Below, one piece after another: positions 59,047 through 64,000 of a stretch of 64,000 nucleotides of DNA. This DNA is from a virus. A program made the position numbers and the translations under genes. The notes beneath the pieces are model-generated. The model worked only from the letters and a program-made list of their open reading frames with translations, ran no database searches and had not been told where the DNA came from. The stretch spans positions 4,519 through 68,518 of the IMG/VR virus record IMGVR_UViG_3300021961_000075. One strand, 5' to 3'. How positions within the stretch are numbered: the first letter of the stretch is position 1; each line of letters opens with the position of its first letter.

Positions 59047-59647
59047 TTAATTGGTCTTTTTCTTTTTTCAATGTTTCTGGCATGTTACGATATATAGTTC
59101 TTGTTGTTACGTTTAAGGCTTTAGACAACTTTTGTATTGTTATCTTTTCACCTTGCTCGTGAATATACAACATTATTTCATATATATCACTCTCAGAAGC
59201 ATTTTTATTTCGACCGATTAAACTTCCGGTAATTTTAAGTTTTTCTATTACGGTTAAACCTGTACCGTCTTTGAATATAACTTTTCTTAATTTATTTTTT
59301 GGTTGTGTATCTAAATCAATTTCTAAAACCTTCTTAAGGATGATGTCAAGATCCCTATCACTGATATTGAAACTGATAAAACCATTGGATCTATTTGTAA
59401 TAAACTTTGCAAGATCTATAAATTTTTCTTCTGTTAAACTTTGATTTAAATATAGTAAAACATATAAGTGCCAATGCAAAGACTTATATGATGTAATTAA
59501 GCTTTTACTATGAAACAAAGAATAATATTCATGTGTTCCGTTTTCATAATACCAACCCCATTGGTACTTTGCTGTTGGCTGATCATTAATTGGATATCGC
59601 CTGTATATTATTTTGTTACGATGCAAATAATCCAAATTGTGTGACAT
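59009..59647 (-). CDS. DNA-binding protein with a C-terminal HTH
   Basis: KITIQKLSKALNVTTRTIYRN. Confidence 0.7.
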   Translation of the reverse strand: MSHNLDYLHRNKIIYRRYPINDQPTAKYQWGWYYENGTHEYYSLFHSKSLITSYKSLHWHLYVLLYLNQSLTEEKFIDLAKFITNRSNGFISFNISDRDLDIILKKVLEIDLDTQPKNKLRKVIFKDGTGLTVIEKLKITGSLIGRNKNASESDIYEIMLYIHEQGEKITIQKLSKALNVTTRTIYRNMPETLKKEKDQLNEELQLRKLSKV

Positions 59648-59685
59648 TAGCCCCTATCTATTATATCTTATACCCTATTGTCACA
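59640..59685. repeat. Inverted repeat overlapping the HTH gene start
   Basis: tgtgacattag (59640-50) / ctattgtcaca (59675-85), 10/11 match. Confidence 0.7.
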
Positions 59686-59706
59686 GTTTTGATTAGTTTG
59701 TTAGAA

Positions 59707-59736
59707 GCCCCGTAGACAAGGTTATAACTACAGGGC
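59707..59736 (-). terminator. Minus-strand hairpin in the largest intergenic gap
   Basis: gccctgtag-(12 nt)-ctacggggc pairs fully (one G-U) only on the minus strand. Confidence 0.55.
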
Positions 59737-59809
59737 AAACTAACTGGAAAAACAAAATTAACTAACTAAACTAAACTAATTATGGAAACTATGACAACCT
59801 TGTATTTTA

Positions 59810-59817
59810 CAAATATA
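59810..59817 (-). promoter_or_regulatory. Bacteroidota -7 promoter element TAnnTTTG
   Basis: Reverse complement of caaatata is tatatttg, pointing into the 59650-59800 gap. Confidence 0.55.
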
Positions 59818-59828
59818 AAAAATTTATT

Positions 59829-60068
59829 TTAAGAATTGATTACTCCTTTTTTAATTAAACGTGCGCGTAAGTTTTGGTATTTGCGCATTACAATTGCTGC
59901 TTTTTCAAATTTTTCTTGTTCTTCATATAAACCTATTAATGTTTCTAATCGTGTCAGCTCAGCAATTTGATGCTCAGTCTCTTCTTGTTCACGATCAAGC
60001 TGCTGTTGCTTCTCAACCAATTTGTCAACAATAAGATCGGCTAACTTGTCGTAGTCGAAGTCTTGCAT
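59829..60068 (-). CDS. Hypothetical coiled-coil protein, UVR-like end
   Basis: EQEKFEKAAIV. Confidence 0.6.
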   Translation of the reverse strand: MQDFDYDKLADLIVDKLVEKQQQLDREQEETEHQIAELTRLETLIGLYEEQEKFEKAAIVMRKYQNLRARLIKKGVINS

Positions 60069-60184
60069 GTGTATAGCAAAATAAATGCAACCTCAATAAT
60101 GCCGACGATATAAACGCCGACAAACATTTGCTTGATGATTGCTAGTTGTTCTAATTGTTCTCTAAGTTCTATTACTTGCTCCAT
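60041..60184 (-). CDS. 47-aa membrane protein (not in track)
   Basis: MEQVIELREQLEQLAIIKQMFVGVYIVGIIEVAFILLYTCKTSTTTS; TAATG coupling to the upstream gene. Confidence 0.55.
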   Translation of the reverse strand: MEQVIELREQLEQLAIIKQMFVGVYIVGIIEVAFILLYTCKTSTTTS

Positions 60185-60789
60185 TAATGGTATATTAAAC
60201 CAACTTTGTTATTATCTGGACTAAACCATTTAGTTGCGTATAAATCATATTCTGATGCATTTACATAGCCATTCATATCTGAACCCACAGAAAATATCTT
60301 TGTGTGTCTATGGACGCGAGGATTAATCATGTGCGATTGTTTACCTGAGTCTGAGAATATAAAGTCAAAGTTATCAGGCACGTATGACCGCTGCACAAGA
60401 TCAAACATGTTTGTGTAGCTATAAAACCTTACGTTGGGTAATGCTGTAGCTATTTCAAACCATTTGGCCATATATGCTGGACTATAATAGTCGCCAGAAT
60501 CATGAACGCGGATGTAGTCAGCTTTCTTACGTTTGATCTCGTTAATCATAGCTGGCACAAACTCGTCTGTCTTACTAAACTCATAACGTTCTTCATGAGC
60601 TTTGTTTACGTTAGACCAGATGTACGCGCCTTTGCGGGCATAACAAAACTTAGCACAGTCGCCCGCCATGGGGCAGATCATTTTACCTGATTTAGATTTG
60701 TATGCTGGCAATGTCCAATTAAACAACCTAACTCCAAAATACTTGGACGTCTTTTTGATTTTCGAATTCTGTGTAAGTAGATTCATCAA
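60184..60789 (-). CDS. Gp88-like Cys-motif protein (radical-SAM-related fold)
   Basis: ICPMAGDCAKFCYARKG, IRVHDSGDYY, FYSYT. Confidence 0.7.
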   Translation of the reverse strand: MMNLLTQNSKIKKTSKYFGVRLFNWTLPAYKSKSGKMICPMAGDCAKFCYARKGAYIWSNVNKAHEERYEFSKTDEFVPAMINEIKRKKADYIRVHDSGDYYSPAYMAKWFEIATALPNVRFYSYTNMFDLVQRSYVPDNFDFIFSDSGKQSHMINPRVHRHTKIFSVGSDMNGYVNASEYDLYATKWFSPDNNKVGLIYH

Positions 60790-61162
60790 TTATTTTTTTG
60801 CGTTGTATTTTTAATTTACTTAACGTATTTTGAAGATCAGATATTTTTTTATCAATATCTTCGATTGTGAACGTTTTAATTGTTGACATAACTATTATCG
60901 AAAGATCGTCGTATTTAGTCTGTAAATCTTTATTGTACGCAAATTCAAAGTCTAAACTTTTAAGCGCATGAACAACGGTTGAATGATCTCTGTTAATGGT
61001 TTTGCCAATTAAAATTGTAGTTGCGCCTACATATTCTCTTGCTAATTTACAGTATAACCATCTAGCCATAGCTATTTCATGTGATCGATCTTTAATGCCA
61101 AGATCTTCAATACCTGTATACTCTTCAACAGCATGTTTTACTTTTAACAATTCAGTTTTCAT
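60728..61162 (-). CDS. DnaA C-terminal-like HTH protein
   Basis: ARWLYCKLA...IGKTINRDHSTVVHA. Confidence 0.75.
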   Translation of the reverse strand: MKTELLKVKHAVEEYTGIEDLGIKDRSHEIAMARWLYCKLAREYVGATTILIGKTINRDHSTVVHALKSLDFEFAYNKDLQTKYDDLSIIVMSTIKTFTIEDIDKKISDLQNTLSKLKIQRKKIIDESTYTEFENQKDVQVFWS

Positions 61163-61358
61163 CTAGTTCTATTAATTTAAATAAATAGTTATACATATCT
61201 AGTTTGCGATCTGTAGCATCCAACCTAATTTCAAGTTGATCCATACCGACAACGCCAGTCATATTGTTTTCTATGTCTTCGTGTATTTGCCTGTATTCTC
61301 TTTCAGTTGACTCAATACGAGACCACACATAGTTTCTAGCTTTTTCTCTTGTTGTCAT
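61152..61358 (-). CDS. Hypothetical protein
   Basis: 68 aa, tiled early gene. Confidence 0.6.
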   Translation of the reverse strand: MTTREKARNYVWSRIESTEREYRQIHEDIENNMTGVVGMDQLEIRLDATDRKLDMYNYLFKLIELDEN

Positions 61359-61504
61359 GAGTTTAAGTATTTAAGTGAAATATAATTAATTGCTTCATCG
61401 TCATCTTGATCTTGGTAATAAGCTAACGCGCCTGTCACGCCGTACCTACCAATAAGATCGTGTATCTCCTCTTGTTTATCCGCTTGCAGTATCAGCATGT
61501 CCAT
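61355..61504 (-). CDS. Hypothetical 49-aa protein (not in track)
   Basis: MDMLILQADKQEEIHDLIGRYGV...; ATGA overlap with the downstream gene. Confidence 0.5.
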   Translation of the reverse strand: MDMLILQADKQEEIHDLIGRYGVTGALAYYQDQDDDEAINYISLKYLNS

Positions 61505-61610
61505 GTGAAGGTTTTACAATTAACACCCTGCGGGTGATTTCATCTTGGTATTTCTTGTGATCAATAAATTGCCTGATCTCTTGTTTAAAGTTGTATAATT
61601 TTCTACTCAT
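61476..61610 (-). CDS. Hypothetical 44-aa protein (not in track)
   Basis: MSRKLYNFKQEIRQFIDHKKYQDEITRRVLIVKP...; ATGA coupling. Confidence 0.45.
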   Translation of the reverse strand: MSRKLYNFKQEIRQFIDHKKYQDEITRRVLIVKPSHGHADTASG

Positions 61611-61738
61611 CTTAAATAATTTTTATCAATGTAATTCATATCTTCAAAATAATTCTTGTGCTTACAGTATTCCCATAATCCAAATGGTGTAACCTGCCTA
61701 ACAAGATGCTCTATTTTTTCGTCTGTGTAATGCCTCAT
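61607..61738 (-). CDS. Hypothetical 43-aa protein (not in track)
   Basis: MRHYTDEKIEHLVRQVTPFGLWEYC...; ATGA couplings at both ends. Confidence 0.5.
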   Translation of the reverse strand: MRHYTDEKIEHLVRQVTPFGLWEYCKHKNYFEDMNYIDKNYLR

Positions 61739-61845
61739 ATCTTACCAGTTAATATACCGTAAAAAATACTAATAATACTGAAACCTATCGTGAATAATAA
61801 CACGCCCATCCACGCATAAAATATATACTTTGAAATATTTTTCAT
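61735..61845 (-). CDS. 36-aa membrane peptide (not in track)
   Basis: MKNISKYIFYAWMGVLLFTIGFSIISIFYGILTGKI. Confidence 0.5.
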   Translation of the reverse strand: MKNISKYIFYAWMGVLLFTIGFSIISIFYGILTGKI

Positions 61846-61847
61846 AG

Positions 61848-62129
61848 CTAATCTAATAAAACCATATAAGCTTCTGCATTGTGTCTTCTGAACCAGTCAA
61901 GTCCAATGCGTAAGTCTTTTTGAAACTCAAAAGACTGAGGACTAAATGCGCCGCCTACACGATCTATAACATACTGTAAACCAAGTATATAGTCATACAC
62001 TGAAAGTTCTTCAGCATTTAACTCATAGGTTTCACCTGAAAAAGGATTTTGTACTACATCCCCTTCATCATAAATTCTTAGTTGCCCAGCAAACTTAGAT
62101 TTAAACTCTGGTAATTTAATTGTCTTCAT
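61848..62129 (-). CDS. Hypothetical protein (start MKTIKLP)
   Basis: VQNPFSGE..EL...ELSVYD...GLDWFR..N.EAYMVLLD. Confidence 0.7.
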   Translation of the reverse strand: MKTIKLPEFKSKFAGQLRIYDEGDVVQNPFSGETYELNAEELSVYDYILGLQYVIDRVGGAFSPQSFEFQKDLRIGLDWFRRHNAEAYMVLLD

Positions 62130-62454
62130 GTTCTGTTTCTGCAAATTCGTTATACAATTCTTCCCAAAAATAACTTTCTTCATCACTAGCGTCTATAGCA
62201 CTAATAATTTCTTCGTCTACAAACATAGTCATACCATCTTTAATACACTGTATAACTTCGTCTGCCATGTTTTCTGGATAGTAGAATATATCTACATCCC
62301 AAGCTACGCTGCGATCACCGTCAAATCTACGGTAAATACTGTAGCCGTCTGCTGTTTCGACCTCGCAAAACTCTACATCATACGATGGAGTAAGTTCATA
62401 GGTTTCATCGATCTTAGCTTCGTAATGATCGAGTACTAGTTTTCTGTAATTCAT
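62116..62454 (-). CDS. Acidic hypothetical protein
   Basis: 112 aa, D/E-rich. Confidence 0.65.
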   Translation of the reverse strand: MNYRKLVLDHYEAKIDETYELTPSYDVEFCEVETADGYSIYRRFDGDRSVAWDVDIFYYPENMADEVIQCIKDGMTMFVDEEIISAIDASDEESYFWEELYNEFAETEHEDN

Positions 62455-62810
62455 GATACTATTGCTGTATTAAATAATGATCTTAGTTCTTCAAAAAATT
62501 CTGAGTCTTTTTCTTTGCCGCCAATGCTCCATGATTGCAGATGATTTACCGTATAATCGCGGTCAAATGTTTTCCAGTCGTAAATTGTGAATGGTTTGCC
62601 GTCAAATACAAACACCCATTCAACTTGTATTTTATCATCGCCTGATGGCACGTTGATACTTGGCTCGCCAAATTCTGCTACAAGTTGATCATACGCAACA
62701 GATTCTAGTTTACCTATTTTAAATGTACCTGTTGTAAACTTGTAGATAGTATCTAAGCTATCAGTTGTCGGTGACATTTTCCAAATGTGTGATTTAGTTT
62801 TTGGTATCAT
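62451..62810 (-). CDS. Hypothetical protein
   Basis: LVAEFGEP...DKIQVEW...FTIYDWK...WSIGG motif. Confidence 0.7.
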   Translation of the reverse strand: MIPKTKSHIWKMSPTTDSLDTIYKFTTGTFKIGKLESVAYDQLVAEFGEPSINVPSGDDKIQVEWVFVFDGKPFTIYDWKTFDRDYTVNHLQSWSIGGKEKDSEFFEELRSLFNTAIVS

Positions 62811-63037
62811 AATCTTGTAAATGTTTCTTTTAAATTCCATACAATACGATCTACTGACGCGTCAACACCTGTAGAACCTGGAGGCATATTAACCTCATTT
62901 TTATATGCGTGTTCTGCAATTAGATCCCATACTATATCATAACCCTTGTCTGTTATGAAGTCTTCTAATAAGCTAGCCATTTGCTTTTCAGCTTGCAAAT
63001 AGATATCTAGTTCATCTTCGTTTAGCCTACTAATCAT
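62807..63037 (-). CDS. Hypothetical protein
   Basis: Tiled early gene. Confidence 0.55.
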   Translation of the reverse strand: MISRLNEDELDIYLQAEKQMASLLEDFITDKGYDIVWDLIAEHAYKNEVNMPPGSTGVDASVDRIVWNLKETFTRL

Positions 63038-63219
63038 TTTGTTCTGTTTAACCATTCATTTAAATTACCTACAATTTCTTGCATAAGAAGCGCGTGCTCA
63101 TCATGATCGACCTCAAAGCCTTGCTCTGTACTTTTAGCTAGTGCTATAAATACCTTGTCGTGTAAAAAATCAAAAATACTTACTGTGAGTTTGATTTTAG
63201 TGTCATTGTCTACTATCAT
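63034..63219 (-). CDS. Hypothetical protein
   Basis: 61 aa, tiled. Confidence 0.55.
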   Translation of the reverse strand: MIVDNDTKIKLTVSIFDFLHDKVFIALAKSTEQGFEVDHDEHALLMQEIVGNLNEWLNRTK

Positions 63220-63221
63220 AA

Positions 63222-63743
63222 TTATTGTTTTACAGTTATATTATCTTGCTTGCGTCGTATTAAGTCTGTAACTTTGTATGGTATACTGTTGTACGGCACT
63301 TCGTCAGAGTTAACTACACTAGTTTTCTCAGCCAAGTAGTAATTCCAGTACGCGTGTATAGCATCGCCGTCGACTTTATACTGATCAGGCATACACTGCG
63401 GCGGTTCAGTAAACTCACCATCAGGCATACCGTCAGGCGCCCACAGTAAATGATCTATACATTTTTCAAACGCTAGGTGTCTTTTACCATAACGATCCTT
63501 GTACTCGTCTGCTAAACCTATAAAATGATCAAGCATCCATGCGTAGTTCTGTCTGTTCTGCCGCACCCATACTGTTGAAGGATGGTTGTAGTGTGCTTTT
63601 TTATACGGAACTGTATCATTGCCATAATGATGGTGCGCCGTACAAAGCATCTGGGCGGATTCTAAGACCATTTTAACTACGTGCTTATTGTATTGGTACT
63701 TGGCAGCAGCAAAAGGATCGTCGTGGAGATAAAAGATATTCAT
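63222..63743 (-). CDS. Pyrimidine-dimer DNA glycosylase (endonuclease V)-like protein
   Basis: MNIFYL..DP...KHVVKM.LESAQML.TAH...NHPSTVW...EY..RYGK.H. Confidence 0.75.
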   Translation of the reverse strand: MNIFYLHDDPFAAAKYQYNKHVVKMVLESAQMLCTAHHHYGNDTVPYKKAHYNHPSTVWVRQNRQNYAWMLDHFIGLADEYKDRYGKRHLAFEKCIDHLLWAPDGMPDGEFTEPPQCMPDQYKVDGDAIHAYWNYYLAEKTSVVNSDEVPYNSIPYKVTDLIRRKQDNITVKQ

Positions 63744-63997
63744 TAGAATACGTATACTTGTCCGTTGAATTTAATTCTTGCAATGCGATCAAGGTTAACT
63801 GTTCTAAACCCATTGTCTTTCATAGAGTATACTATAACGTTGTTGTGCAAGGCAGGATCGTAGTTTAATCCTTTACCATTTACACCTTTACGTACACCGA
63901 AGCGCGCGTTGATACTGCGGCGTTCACCGTTTGTTTTGTAGAATTGTACATTGAAAATTCCACCTAGCTCTTTAAGCTCATTTAGTAGTTCTTGCAT
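63743..63997 (-). CDS. WYL/SH3-like small protein
   Basis: FNVQFYK.NGE.R.INAR.GV...YSMKDNGFRTVNL. Confidence 0.6.
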   Translation of the reverse strand: MQELLNELKELGGIFNVQFYKTNGERRSINARFGVRKGVNGKGLNYDPALHNNVIVYSMKDNGFRTVNLDRIARIKFNGQVYVF

Positions 63998-64000
63998 AAT

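Noticed and set aside
1-64000. Stop-codon reassignment as in some crAss-like phages
   Set aside because: Genes tile completely in code 11, and TAA, TAG and TGA all end clear genes; only one internal stop was found.
1-64000. tRNA genes, integrase, introns or inteins in terminase, RNR or helicase
   Set aside because: No cloverleaf or T-loop signature was noticed in the short intergenic gaps; protein lengths are normal with no intein motifs. A tRNAscan run would be needed to exclude tRNAs formally.

Overview
The window is about 64 kb of a dsDNA tailed phage genome (AT-rich, standard genetic code), inferred to be a podovirus of marine Bacteroidota/Flavobacteriia. The host inference rests on A-rich leaders without Shine-Dalgarno sequences, TAnnTTTG -7 promoter boxes, signal peptides cleaved before Gln and a T9SS-CTD-like domain. 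The GroEL/GroES plus terminase-portal-capsid-ring-muzzle-cargo layout resembles Cellulophaga phi38:1-like or crAss-related phages; this is from recognition, not a search. The plus strand (1-49364) carries the late/structural arm: tail fibres (three with S74 chaperone ends), a prolyl-4-hydroxylase, chaperonins, head/tail genes, three probable ejected cargo proteins and lysis genes. The minus strand (49398-64000) carries the replication/early arm: NrdAB, endonuclease I, MazG, a thymidylate-synthase-family enzyme, primase-helicase, SSB, a RecE-like exonuclease, a sigma factor and small early genes. Main observations: (1) a six-gene secreted/outer-membrane cassette (CsgG-like, cohesin/dockerin-like, free T9SS-CTD-like lipoprotein, beta-barrel) inside the lysis module; (2) a G_GGA_AAG slippery site plus H-type pseudoknot at codon 38 of the 2021-aa cargo gene, predicting a 71-aa Cys-containing -1 frameshift product; (3) two basic micro-proteins overprinted in the +1 frame of the acidic scaffold gene; (4) a poly-Pro virion protein next to a prolyl hydroxylase; (5) a single in-frame TAA splitting the primase-helicase; (6) a candidate early sRNA antisense to a lysis-gene start. 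All family assignments come from motif recognition by eye; no database searches were run.
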